Origin: Candidatus Poribacteria bacterium
Lineage (GTDB): Bacteria > Poribacteria > WGA-4E > WGA-3G
DNA: 64,000 bases
Direction: 5' to 3'
NCBI GenBank assembly: GCA_965215265.1
Contig: OZ244048.1
Location: 3,776,001-3,840,000, forward strand
Below, one piece after another: positions 9,111-18,964 of this stretch (positions are counted from its first letter, which is position 1; each line of letters starts with the position of its first letter). Made by a program: the position numbers and the translations under genes. Under the pieces are notes generated by a model that made no database searches, was not told where the DNA came from, and was given only the letters and a program-made list of their open reading frames with translations.

Positions 9111-11231
9111 TTACGCCTTCTTCGCAGCAAGCGCGGTGAGAACTTTGTCCGGGGTCAAAGGCAACGAACGGATACGTACACCGATAGCGTTGTAAACCGC
9201 ATTGGCTATCGCACCCGGTGTCGGAATACAAGGAGGTTCACCAACACCCGTCACCTTCCGGTGTGTATCAAAGACGATCGATTTAACCTCAGGAATCTCT
9301 AAGCTGCCAGGCACCTTGTAATCCTCGAGGTTCGCATTTACCATGCGTCCCACTTGTGAATCCATGAGACGTTCTTCAAACATTGCCTGCCCTAAGCCCA
9401 TGATAACCCCGCCATTAATTTGACTCTCTGTCGTGAGGCGGTTGATCGCCAGGCCACAATCCTGAACCGCGACAATTTTGAGAACTTTGATAATACCAGT
9501 CTCTGTATCCACTTCCACTTCAGCAAATTGTGTACCTGCAACACCATTTTGGCGAAGTTCTTCATCCCAATTCCCGCCTTCACTGATGCTTTCCATACCC
9601 AGTTGGCCGGCCGCCTGTTCCCAGGTAAGCGTCTTCGTCCGATCAGAGACAACGTAGATGGTACGACTGCCGGCACGTAGGTCCGCAACAGGTGCTTCCA
9701 ATAAAGGCGCGATGCGTTCAAACAACTTCTGTTTCGCCGCCGCCGCTGCTGTCTTGATAACCGGGGCAACCGAGGCAGTCGTCTGGCTCCCACCACTTCC
9801 GCCGGAAGGTAAGCCCGGACCGCTATCGCCTACCTTGACCTGAATATCCGTTGGAGTGAGCCCGAATTCTTCAGCAACGATAATCGCTATTGCCGTGCGG
9901 ATGCCGGTACCAATGTCTTGTGTACCTGTCACAGCTTCAACAGTACCGTCCGAATTGATGGTGACACGTACTTCGGTGCCTCTCCCACCGCCACCACCCC
10001 ATTGGCCACTGCCGAGCCCGATACCGCGTTTTTTCACACCGTTGCTACCACCCGGGACCCTATTCCGACGGTGCCATCCAATCTCCTGTGCCCCTAACGT
10101 ATACTGTGCTTGACGCACCTCACTCCGATCATTAATGCGGCGGAATTCCAATGGATTCATACCGAGTTTCTCTGCCAATTCATCCATCAAGCAGTCCATT
10201 GCAAACGCGCCTTGTGGATGCCCGGGCGCACGCATCGCGCGTTGGTTACCCGCGTTGGTGACGACATTCACCTTTTCAGTCCGGAGATTCGGAACATGAT
10301 ACACGTACGGCGCTTGAAATCCGGCACCACTAGAGATGCCGCCTGTCCCATGGCCGCGCATATCATAGGCGATGAGACGTCCGTCACGCGTCGCACCAGC
10401 ACGAACGTGCTGCGTCATTGAAGGACGATTGCCCGCAACGAGGTGCTCGTCCTTACGGGTCAGCATCAGTTTAACCGCTCTCCCGGTAATACGGGCTAAC
10501 TCCGCAGCTGTTCGTCCTTCTATCCCTGGGCCAAATTTGCTCCCAAAGCCGCCCCCCATGTGTTCTGTAATAACACGAACTTGATTTGCAGGAAGCTCAA
10601 AATGCTGTGCAAAATCATTCCGCACTCCGAAAACGCCTTGTGTCGATGCCCATACCGTCAGGTGCTCCTCATCCTCCCACTCGGCGACATGCCCATGTGT
10701 CTCTAAGCAGACATGCGTTTGAACCGGGGCATGGTACGTTGCCTCTACTTCAACGGCAGCTTCGGCGAACCCTGCAGCCAAGTCACCGGCTTCACGAATA
10801 TTTGGCGGGCTCTGATTCCCTGTCCAATCGTCACGGATTTGCGGCGCGCCGTCTGCCATCGCCTCCGATTCTGTCACAACGAACGGATGCTCTTCTAAGT
10901 GAACATGAATTAAACGGAGCGCATCTTTCGCTAGGTCATCAGTTATCGCTGCGACAGCGGCAATTTCCTGACCTTGGTACCGGAGTTTTTTCCCTACTTC
11001 GATCAACGGGATAACCGCTTTGACCCCTTGCAGTGCCTCAGCTTCACTGGTATCAATCCCTAGCACCGTTGCATGCGGCACCTCAGCACGCAAGATTCGT
11101 CCATATAGCATCCCCGGACGATTGATATCAAACGTATACTTCGCTTTTCCTGTAACTTTATCCTTACCCGACAAACGTGGAATCCGCTTGCCGATGAGGC
11201 GAGATTCACTCGCTTCTCCCCATGATGCCAT
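9111..11231 (-). CDS. paoC: Xanthine dehydrogenase family molybdopterin-binding subunit (PaoC/YagR-like)
   Basis: KVTGKAKY, MGGGFGSK, AMRAPGHPQG, TQDIGTG, SQINGG, GVGEPP. Confidence 0.9.
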   Translation of the reverse strand: MASWGEASESRLIGKRIPRLSGKDKVTGKAKYTFDINRPGMLYGRILRAEVPHATVLGIDTSEAEALQGVKAVIPLIEVGKKLRYQGQEIAAVAAITDDLAKDALRLIHVHLEEHPFVVTESEAMADGAPQIRDDWTGNQSPPNIREAGDLAAGFAEAAVEVEATYHAPVQTHVCLETHGHVAEWEDEEHLTVWASTQGVFGVRNDFAQHFELPANQVRVITEHMGGGFGSKFGPGIEGRTAAELARITGRAVKLMLTRKDEHLVAGNRPSMTQHVRAGATRDGRLIAYDMRGHGTGGISSGAGFQAPYVYHVPNLRTEKVNVVTNAGNQRAMRAPGHPQGAFAMDCLMDELAEKLGMNPLEFRRINDRSEVRQAQYTLGAQEIGWHRRNRVPGGSNGVKKRGIGLGSGQWGGGGGRGTEVRVTINSDGTVEAVTGTQDIGTGIRTAIAIIVAEEFGLTPTDIQVKVGDSGPGLPSGGSGGSQTTASVAPVIKTAAAAAKQKLFERIAPLLEAPVADLRAGSRTIYVVSDRTKTLTWEQAAGQLGMESISEGGNWDEELRQNGVAGTQFAEVEVDTETGIIKVLKIVAVQDCGLAINRLTTESQINGGVIMGLGQAMFEERLMDSQVGRMVNANLEDYKVPGSLEIPEVKSIVFDTHRKVTGVGEPPCIPTPGAIANAVYNAIGVRIRSLPLTPDKVLTALAAKKA

Positions 11232-11234
11232 CGG

Positions 11235-11882
11235 TTAACCTCCCATTTTACGTGATGCGCTCTTCACCGCATCAAAAATGAACGGATAAGTGCCGCAACG
11301 ACAGGTGTTGCCAGACAAGCCCATCTTAATCTCTTCCAATGTCGGTTTCTCGTTTTCGCTCAACAGTGCTGCTGACGACACCACAAAACCCGGCGTGCAG
11401 AAACCGCACATCAGTGCATCGTGTTGGACGAACGCCTCTTGTACCGGATGCAAGTCATCGCCGTCTGCCAATCCCTCAACAGTCGTAATCTGCTTACCTG
11501 GTGCGTCAATCGCAAGCATCATGCACGCATAGACTGTTTTACCGTCTACCATCACCGTGCAACCACCACATTCACCGCGGTCGCAAATTAGTTTTGCACC
11601 CGTTAAATCAACATTTTGGCCGTTGGTGTCAATTCCGTCGCGTAAAACTGTCAACAGAGTTGTACGGGGTTCAACCTCTACCTCATACATCTTACCGTTG
11701 ATATTCAGTTGAACCGTCGCCACGGAAATTGCCTCATCTGTTTGTGCTTCCGCTGCCCTCTCTGTACCAATAAGCACCGCCGGTGCTACTGTCGCAGCAA
11801 CAGTGCCGGTACCTACGCCCTTCAAGAAATTTCGACGCGAGATACTCGTACCCTGTTTCTTTTCTTTATCTTTCTCCGCCAT
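11235..11882 (-). CDS. paoA: 2x[2Fe-2S] subunit with Tat signal (PaoA/YagT-like)
   Basis: SRRNFLK twin-arginine motif; CDRGECGGCTV, CGFCTPG, NTCRCGTY. Confidence 0.9.
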   Translation of the reverse strand: MAEKDKEKKQGTSISRRNFLKGVGTGTVAATVAPAVLIGTERAAEAQTDEAISVATVQLNINGKMYEVEVEPRTTLLTVLRDGIDTNGQNVDLTGAKLICDRGECGGCTVMVDGKTVYACMMLAIDAPGKQITTVEGLADGDDLHPVQEAFVQHDALMCGFCTPGFVVSSAALLSENEKPTLEEIKMGLSGNTCRCGTYPFIFDAVKSASRKMGG

Positions 11883-12590
11883 GTGTATTCTCCTTTAGTT
11901 ATGTCTCACAAATACAAATAACACTATTCACTATCTGTCCGATGTATTATGTATTGGTTAGATCTTCGTTACCTCTCACTTAATTTAGTCTATCACATTT
12001 CAGTTTTTTTATCAAAAAAAGTAGATCGAACGATAAGGCGCGTTTCGTGTGAAGTCTACCGTAACGATTTCTTCCTGTTACCCGCAACTTGTACGAGTCT
12101 GATGTCTGGAGATACTTGCTTTTTTGCAAAGTGGAATGGGATATTCAACTTTAGATGCTTGTATTATTGCCCTCTCTGCATCCTATACGTATTAATTTTT
12201 CTTTAACGTATGTGCAGATTCCGTTCTGGCCCAGGTCAATGGCTAATGTAGTCATTGCCTCATTCCTTCACCACTCACAACTGCCAGGCGGCCAAGGTTA
12301 TGAAAAGTTGTGTCCGTCCGTTCTGGTTTATAGGTTTGCCCCCTATTCCATTAATGTTAATCATACTACAAAACGGTTTCTCTGTCAAAAAAACGACGTA
12401 TTTATTTTCCTTTTTCCGGATTTATACACAGTAATTGCATTTCTATCAAAATTAGAAAAAGATAAAAATTCAGTGGAAATTCATCGCGAAATCGGGTATC
12501 ATGTTAACATACTAATTCGTCAAACGGGCGGATATAGAAATTTACCCTTACGTTACGTACTGGATTCTATCCAAGCAACAGGAGAATATA

Positions 12591-12917
12591 ATGGCTGCAA
12601 ATACGTTCGAAATCAGTGATGATACATTTGAAGGCATGGTACTTACGTCGGAAACGCCAGTCGTTGTTGATTTCTGGGCAGAATGGTGCGGGCCCTGCAA
12701 AATGATCGCGCCGCTTTTAGAAGAACTCGCTGCTGAAAACGAAGACACCTTCAAAGTCGGGAAACTTAACGTGGACGATAATCGCCAGACAGCAATGCAG
12801 TTTGGCGTGCGAAGCATTCCAACACTTCTGGTCTTCAAAGATGGAAAAGTCGCAGGACAGATCGTCGGGGCAATGCCCAAAGAAGCACTCAAGAAGAAAA
12901 TTCTAGACGTACTCTAA
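12591..12917 (+). CDS. trxA: Thioredoxin
   Basis: DFWAEWCGPCK, SIPTL; AGGAG RBS. Confidence 0.97.
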   Translation: MAANTFEISDDTFEGMVLTSETPVVVDFWAEWCGPCKMIAPLLEELAAENEDTFKVGKLNVDDNRQTAMQFGVRSIPTLLVFKDGKVAGQIVGAMPKEALKKKILDVL

Positions 12918-13143
12918 TGATGTAAAGGCACACTACGCCCTCGTTCTAATTTCTCTATTTCTCAAGCATCAGGCCATTTCTGGAAAAATTCCATCAGAAA
13001 TTTACAACCTAACCCTAAGCAATCTCCATGCGGAAGTACCAAGGCCGGAGCGAAAAAAAACACTCCGGCATGGCTTCTGCGATGGATTTCCTTCTCTCCT
13101 ATAGCCTGATGTAGCAACGGGTGTTTACACCTGAGGAGACACT

Positions 13144-14466
13144 GTGTTCTGGCAATTCATCTACAACGCCCTCGCTGTTCCGGTTATGTTCGTCGGTTTT
13201 CATGGAGTTGGATATTACCAACCGAAAATTCGTCAAGGCATCCTCGGACGGAAACAGATATTTGAGAAACTAAAAACCCAAATCCGCTCTTCACGAAATC
13301 TCAAGCGGACTGCATGGTTTCACTTCACCTCCGTCGGAGAATTTGAACAAGCCAAACCGCTTATTGAAGCCATCCATGCAGAGACGCGAATTGTGCTAAC
13401 CTTTTTCTCCCCATCTGTTGCACCGAACGTCGACACCTATGTATATGCAGATGCCGCCGTTTACCTGCCCCTTGATACACCAGCAAACGCAGAACGTTTG
13501 ATTCGCATCATCGTACCCACAGTGATTGTTTTTTCTAAGTTTGACATTTGGCCCAATCTCGTCTGGAAAGCCTCCAAATACGGTATTCCTATCATTGTTG
13601 TCGCAGGAACACTCCACAGCAAATCCAAACGGTTGTCACCTCTCGCGAAACCTTTCTTCAGAAGCGTACACCGCTATATCAACGTCCACTGTGCAATCTC
13701 TGATGAGGATGCCGCACGTTTCAAACAGCTCTGCTCATCCAAAAATCAGATTGTTGTCACCGGGGATACCCGCTATGAACAAGTTTATCGGCGTGCCACT
13801 GCCGTTCAACCAGACGTTGAATTCTTCCCGGGACAAGCCACTTTAAGGGCGACTTCACAAAACCAGCCCCACACCACAAAAAAACGTTCCATCCTCATTG
13901 CAGGAAGCACTTACACAGAAGATGAACAGATCTTATTGGAAGCGTATCAACTGCTGCGCCATCATTCACCGCAGCGCGTACCTTATCTAATTCTCGTACC
14001 GCATGAGCCGACACCCGAGCGAATTGGACAAATCAAAGCACAGTTAGTGCAGCACAACATGACGCACCGGTGCTTTTCAGCCCTAAAACCCCATGAAAAT
14101 TTAGCGATAACTGATACCCTTGTGGTTGACACCGTAGGGCATCTTGCCAAACTTTACTGCCTTGCAGACATCGCCTTCGTCGGCGGGAGTTTCCACGGCA
14201 GCGTTCACAACGTCATGGAACCCGCCGCCATGGCAAAACCAGTCTTATTTGGCCCCACCATCCACAATGCTTACGAAGCATCGCTTCTAACCCAACGCGG
14301 CGCAGCAAAAATCGTTCACACCGCACAACAGATGGCAACAGCAATCATCGAATGGCTCACTAACGAAAATGCAGCAACCACCGCAGGACAAATAGGAAAA
14401 CGGGTTATAGTAGAAAATCTAGGCGCAGTGGAGCAGACTTTAGAGCATCTGCGACGCTACCTTTAA
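13144..14466 (+). CDS. waaA: 3-deoxy-D-manno-octulosonic acid (Kdo) transferase
   Basis: WFHFTSVGEFE, YLPLD, DIWPN, TGDTRY, AGST, VPHEP, AFVGGS, HNVMEPA; GTG start with GAGGAG. Confidence 0.9.
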   Translation: MFWQFIYNALAVPVMFVGFHGVGYYQPKIRQGILGRKQIFEKLKTQIRSSRNLKRTAWFHFTSVGEFEQAKPLIEAIHAETRIVLTFFSPSVAPNVDTYVYADAAVYLPLDTPANAERLIRIIVPTVIVFSKFDIWPNLVWKASKYGIPIIVVAGTLHSKSKRLSPLAKPFFRSVHRYINVHCAISDEDAARFKQLCSSKNQIVVTGDTRYEQVYRRATAVQPDVEFFPGQATLRATSQNQPHTTKKRSILIAGSTYTEDEQILLEAYQLLRHHSPQRVPYLILVPHEPTPERIGQIKAQLVQHNMTHRCFSALKPHENLAITDTLVVDTVGHLAKLYCLADIAFVGGSFHGSVHNVMEPAAMAKPVLFGPTIHNAYEASLLTQRGAAKIVHTAQQMATAIIEWLTNENAATTAGQIGKRVIVENLGAVEQTLEHLRRYL

Positions 14467-14611
14467 TAGAACTCACAAATATTGGTTAACTGGGCTTTAT
14501 CTCATATAGAATAAAATGGATTTGTCTTATTTCGACTACTTTTATTTGTTCATCAAACAGTTAAAGAGGTTGGGATTTGCAGTGGGGTTGTTAAGGCACA
14601 ACGAACGGTTG

Positions 14612-15667
14612 CTACTCTACCACCTGTGTCCTATATCGAATCGTTAGCAGAGGACGGAGACTTTCAGTAGATGACTCTTTAGAAGCAAACGTAATCGCTC
14701 CGTTGCCACCTCGTAAAGCGAAGAGATAACCGTAGTTGTAATCCGGGTTCGCTACCCAAAATTGCACTGCACCGGTGAGAAGCTCGCCATCCCAAGTATA
14801 ACGCTTACCGGCACCCTGAATCTCTGTCAGCCCATCAATACGATGTGCTACATCCTCTGAGCCGTTGTAATCACTTTCCTTGTCGCCGTTTATTCCTTCT
14901 AACATCGCTTGTGCTGGCGGCTTATTCCATGGAAGATTACGATGGAGTGCGCTATTATAGGTAAGTTCGTTCTCTTCCGCACGTTCCGAGAGACCTCGCC
15001 CTTCCCGCCACGGTAGCAGTACCCGTCGAAGGATGACCGTCTGCTTAGCATCCGTTTCACATTCTTGCACATGGAGGTTCAAAGTAGCCTTTAACACCTG
15101 CGTCGGTTCAGTAATCCCCATATCCGCAAATGCATCAAACAAGTCAAATGCAACGAAGAAAACCCCGCCTGCCGGTGTGCATCCTAACGTCTGTTCTGCA
15201 CCAGCGTTATTGTTGCGCGTTTTCCGGTTGTCCTCTACAATCAGACTCGTATCCTGCAGCGTATTGGGAAATGTGACAGATCCGCTTTCGCCGAAGGTTA
15301 TCTCGTTTACCATAGGAAGTATTACCTCGACGCTGCTCTGAAGTTCGGAGAGGATCAGTTGATAGGTTTTGCGCACCTCTAACGGTGTCGTAAAAAGCAT
15401 TACCCGGGTTTTTCGTTCATCGAGCAGCGCTTCTTCTATCACTATATCTGGCGTTATCTCGTAGTTTGCTACGTTCTCTGCACTTTCCGCTGCCAACTGT
15501 CCATCAAACCGCAGCTGAATCGCTGTCTGAGAGAGGGGGACCGCCTTCAGTAGTTTCGGCTCTTCGGCTTGACTGACGAAAATTCCACTAACAAGCATGA
15601 AAAACAGCACACAACCAACGAAAAAAGTTGTCAAGCGACACCTCCAATTTTGGGGAAACGGGAACAA
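14612..15667 (-). CDS. Secreted protein with Ig-like domain and DNRLRE/CBM96-like domain
   Basis: Signal peptide; AESAENVANYEI, ATLNLHV, PWREG, NYGYLF, FASKE, RPLLTIRY. Confidence 0.65.
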   Translation of the reverse strand: MFPFPQNWRCRLTTFFVGCVLFFMLVSGIFVSQAEEPKLLKAVPLSQTAIQLRFDGQLAAESAENVANYEITPDIVIEEALLDERKTRVMLFTTPLEVRKTYQLILSELQSSVEVILPMVNEITFGESGSVTFPNTLQDTSLIVEDNRKTRNNNAGAEQTLGCTPAGGVFFVAFDLFDAFADMGITEPTQVLKATLNLHVQECETDAKQTVILRRVLLPWREGRGLSERAEENELTYNSALHRNLPWNKPPAQAMLEGINGDKESDYNGSEDVAHRIDGLTEIQGAGKRYTWDGELLTGAVQFWVANPDYNYGYLFALRGGNGAITFASKESSTESLRPLLTIRYRTQVVE

Positions 15668-15738
15668 TAAAACGGTTAAACGTGAAAATTCTTGGGTACA
15701 TCTCGTATCAAATCTTTTGGCAACGCAGCGAATTGATA

Positions 15739-16941
15739 TTAGTCGACATCCATCGTGATAAAGACGGCATTAAGCACCTCTCGCTCTTTCTGGCCAGAGG
15801 GGCGGTTGATAACTTCATCGTTAACGACAAAGGTACTGGACGAGCCTCCGTCCAGATTAATCGCCTCGGTTGCACCGAGCTCCAGCAGAATGCTAGCGAG
15901 CTCGTAAAGTGTCAAACCGGTGCTATATTTTGGTTGCCTGCCGTCAGCGACAATCAAAAACAACGTGTCAGCATTGTAAGCGAGGGCAGTTCTCGGTTCA
16001 TGACTCAGATTTAATACAGATGCTCGTTTACCGGGGCGATGCCGCTTTTCTGCTTGATGCATCTCCACCAGCATCGGATGTATCTTTCCGTCTCTGAGGA
16101 GCCGGATGCGTCCCCCAATCGCATAGCGCGCCCGGTTCCATATCGGGGGCGAGAGCGTAAGCGTAATTGTACCGTGCGCGCCTGCCTGAAATTCAGAAAC
16201 ATCTGAGTCTTTTATACGAGAGCTAATCCAGAGAACCGCGCCATCTGTCGGAATAGCACTGTCTCCATCTCGTGTCACACCAGCCACACGATAGTCGTTC
16301 GTATAATTCGGGGTCAGAGGTAGAGAAAGTCCTGTCAGAACAACCTCATGCCCTCGACGACGATGTGTGCGTGTAGAAGCCCCCATACGCGGCGTGTACA
16401 GTGTTATCTGACAACCGTCGAGCCGCCTTTGATTGATACATCCGAGCGGTATTTTCTGTGTCCCTACGGTTACTGCAGCTTCCATCTCGACAGGTCCACT
16501 TAAAAATTCCCCACTGTCTGTTACCCCGAAACATGCTGCTGTGTCTGTCGGCTGCGTCATAAGTTCGCCGTCTTGGATGTGTAAATTTTCTAATACACCG
16601 CCGTATCCGCGCATGTCACCGAGCACGCCAAATCCGCCGTTAACAGCCACAAGTACGTGCCTATCTCCTCGTTCTATCCGCCGTGATGCCATCGCGCGGA
16701 CCGTTTCTTTCCCTAATATCTGCGAATTCGCAACGGACACCTCAAAATGCAGCCCAGGTTGCCACCGAGACATCTCCGCAACGTATAGCACACACGTTTC
16801 AACATCCCAATCGTAGCGATAGATGCGGAGTCCTATCGATATACCCGGAAACAATTCCGTTTTCTGCCCATCGGCTTGTGCAAAGCAGATTGGTAACAGC
16901 ACAATCGCGATAACACACCACAACTTCTTCAACAATTGCAT
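15739..16941 (-). CDS. Phosphodiester glycosidase (NAGPA) family protein
   Basis: AVNGGF, EPRTALA, VADGRQ, AINLDGGSSS. Confidence 0.88.
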   Translation of the reverse strand: MQLLKKLWCVIAIVLLPICFAQADGQKTELFPGISIGLRIYRYDWDVETCVLYVAEMSRWQPGLHFEVSVANSQILGKETVRAMASRRIERGDRHVLVAVNGGFGVLGDMRGYGGVLENLHIQDGELMTQPTDTAACFGVTDSGEFLSGPVEMEAAVTVGTQKIPLGCINQRRLDGCQITLYTPRMGASTRTHRRRGHEVVLTGLSLPLTPNYTNDYRVAGVTRDGDSAIPTDGAVLWISSRIKDSDVSEFQAGAHGTITLTLSPPIWNRARYAIGGRIRLLRDGKIHPMLVEMHQAEKRHRPGKRASVLNLSHEPRTALAYNADTLFLIVADGRQPKYSTGLTLYELASILLELGATEAINLDGGSSSTFVVNDEVINRPSGQKEREVLNAVFITMDVD

Positions 16942-16943
16942 CT

Positions 16944-17303
16944 TTAATTTCTAGTTCTCCGGATTTGAACAGCGAAATAGGCAATCGGCTGTTCTATAGG
17001 TGGATGGAGTTTCTTGACAGTGAGTTGGACTTCAGTCACTGCGAATCGGGCTAAAATCGCCTCTGCTATCTTCTCTGCGAGTGCCTCAACAAGTTGAAAT
17101 GAATACTGCGTGCCAATTTCAACAATGAGTGCCACCACATCAGCGTAGTTAATCGTCTCCTCAAACGCATCGGTACGGCCAGCATTCACAAGACAACAGC
17201 TTAACATTGCGTCAATTTCATAATGGCCGCCAACTTGACGTTCGGTTTCGGGGACACCGTGGTGGCCATGAAATCGGATGCCTTTGAGAATGAGTTTGTC
17301 CAT
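16944..17303 (-). CDS. folB: Dihydroneopterin aldolase
   Basis: FHGHHGV, TINY, LVEALAE, VKKLHPP. Confidence 0.93.
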   Translation of the reverse strand: MDKLILKGIRFHGHHGVPETERQVGGHYEIDAMLSCCLVNAGRTDAFEETINYADVVALIVEIGTQYSFQLVEALAEKIAEAILARFAVTEVQLTVKKLHPPIEQPIAYFAVQIRRTRN

Positions 17304-17403
17304 AAAGTTTAAAAGTCGGTCCAGTGCCTAATCAGAACTTCCATCTCTGCAGAGGAACCCTCTACTAACTTTCAAAACTGTGCCGTGACTAACTTTCGTT
17401 CGG

Positions 17404-18027
17404 CTATTCTTCTACGATTTCACCAAACGTATGCGCCGGATCAGCCATGTCTTTGACCTGTCTACCGTTTTTTCCGCCAGTATAATCAATAGCACGAATT
17501 TTCCAATCGGCACCAACTTTCCTTAATGAAGAAATGAGATTGCCCTTCTGATTACCCCAGGCGTATTCTCCGCGCAAAACTGCATCTTTCCCTCTGCCGT
17601 CAATAGCAATGTAGGTGATATCCACGCTCATATCGCCGCCCCGCAGCCGGAAGATGCCGGGCCAGGCATCTCTTACGTCTTTCCACCCATTATTTCTCTC
17701 AAACGTACCAGCCCAAAACGTCCAGGCGGTAAAAACCTCATCATTCTTATTCTCGCTTTTCAACCAACTATCCCCCAACGTATCAACATCCTGGTCACCG
17801 TGGGCAGTAGCGTATACCGCAAAGAGCGCGCGGATCGCTTCCTCTTCTGCCGCAAAGTCAATATCCCTTTCAACAACACCGGCTGGCTCGGCAGCTTGCG
17901 ATGGCGTTGTTGTTTGCGCGGGGGTATCCGTATCAGGTGCTGCCGTTTCATCATCGTCACCACCGCATGCCATAATCCCTATGGCAAGTAGGATGAGGAT
18001 GAGATAAAAAATCGATTTCCGTTTCAT
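17404..18027 (-). CDS. Lipoprotein with NTF2/SnoaL-like domain
   Basis: Lipobox IMA-C; EEEAIRALFAVYATA...DVDTL and WKI pattern. Confidence 0.65.
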   Translation of the reverse strand: MKRKSIFYLILILLAIGIMACGGDDDETAAPDTDTPAQTTTPSQAAEPAGVVERDIDFAAEEEAIRALFAVYATAHGDQDVDTLGDSWLKSENKNDEVFTAWTFWAGTFERNNGWKDVRDAWPGIFRLRGGDMSVDITYIAIDGRGKDAVLRGEYAWGNQKGNLISSLRKVGADWKIRAIDYTGGKNGRQVKDMADPAHTFGEIVEE

Positions 18028-18252
18028 ACGTCTTCTCCTCTCGTAAATTTACGCTACATCAAACTCACGTTGTAACTTTAGTACACTTTCTAAATTTATA
18101 CTGCCCCTATTTTACCTCATGAACAAATAAAAATCAACTCCAAAATTGATTTTTAATTTTAACGCATTTTGTGGTATACTTTATTTAACCAAATTTGAAC
18201 TGCACACGGTCAAATTTTTCGCATTTCTTATATTTTGCATAAGGAGCGTATA

Positions 18253-18507
18253 ATGAACGTTACTGTTAAATATTTCGCTGTCTGTCATGAGATGTTAGAT
18301 AGAGCGGAGGAACAGATGCAATTGCCGGCAGGTGCCACCGTCAAAACTATCCTTGAACGTCTTGAAGAAGAATGGCCAGAAATTGCCGAGTTCTACGAGG
18401 TAATGCAAATGTCCGTTAATTGGGAATATGCCACCGAAAACAGTGAACTCGCTGATGGAGATGAAGTTGCCTTGATTCCACCAGTCACCGGAGGGTGCGA
18501 TGTTTAA
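18253..18507 (+). CDS. moaD: Molybdopterin synthase sulfur carrier subunit (GG followed by extra CDV)
   Basis: VTVKYFA, SVNWEY, LADGDEVALIPPVTGG; AAGGAG RBS before ATG 18253. Confidence 0.9.
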   Translation: MNVTVKYFAVCHEMLDRAEEQMQLPAGATVKTILERLEEEWPEIAEFYEVMQMSVNWEYATENSELADGDEVALIPPVTGGCDV

Positions 18508-18964
18508 GATCACCTCCGAAGTTATCACCGGTACAGAAGTTCAAGAAGTCGTAGAGGCACCAGGTGCTGGCGCAGTCGTGTTGTTCCTCGGCACCGTCAG
18601 GAACAACACCGATGGAAGAGCCGTCGCCTGCCTCGAATATGAGGCGTACCCACCGATGGCAGAAAAAAAGATGGCAGAGATTGCACAAGAAGCCACCGAA
18701 AAGTGGGGCACCGACCTCCGTCTTGCCATGATTCACCGCATCGGCAAACTCGACATCGGAGAGGTGAGTGTTGCTGTCGCAGTCGCAGCACCCCATAGAA
18801 AAGACGCGTTTGAAGCATGTCAATACGCCATGAATCGCCTCAAGCAGATTGTGCCTATCTGGAAGCGCGAAATCTGGGTAGATGGGGAAGCCGAATGGGT
18901 TAAACCGGACGCGGTTTTCTTTGACGCGCCTATCCAACACAAAACCGGTCGACAAACCGGCTAA
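18500..18964 (+). CDS. moaE: Molybdopterin synthase catalytic subunit
   Basis: GAVVLFLGTVR, LEYEAYPPMA, HRIG, HRKDAF, LKQIVPIWKRE. Confidence 0.95.
   Translation: MFKITSEVITGTEVQEVVEAPGAGAVVLFLGTVRNNTDGRAVACLEYEAYPPMAEKKMAEIAQEATEKWGTDLRLAMIHRIGKLDIGEVSVAVAVAAPHRKDAFEACQYAMNRLKQIVPIWKREIWVDGEAEWVKPDAVFFDAPIQHKTGRQTG

Noticed and set aside
11883-12590. Moco or c-di-GMP riboswitch upstream of the molybdoenzyme operon; ORF 12155..12619
   Set aside because: Consensus elements not found by eye; the ORF lacks an RBS and protein-like composition
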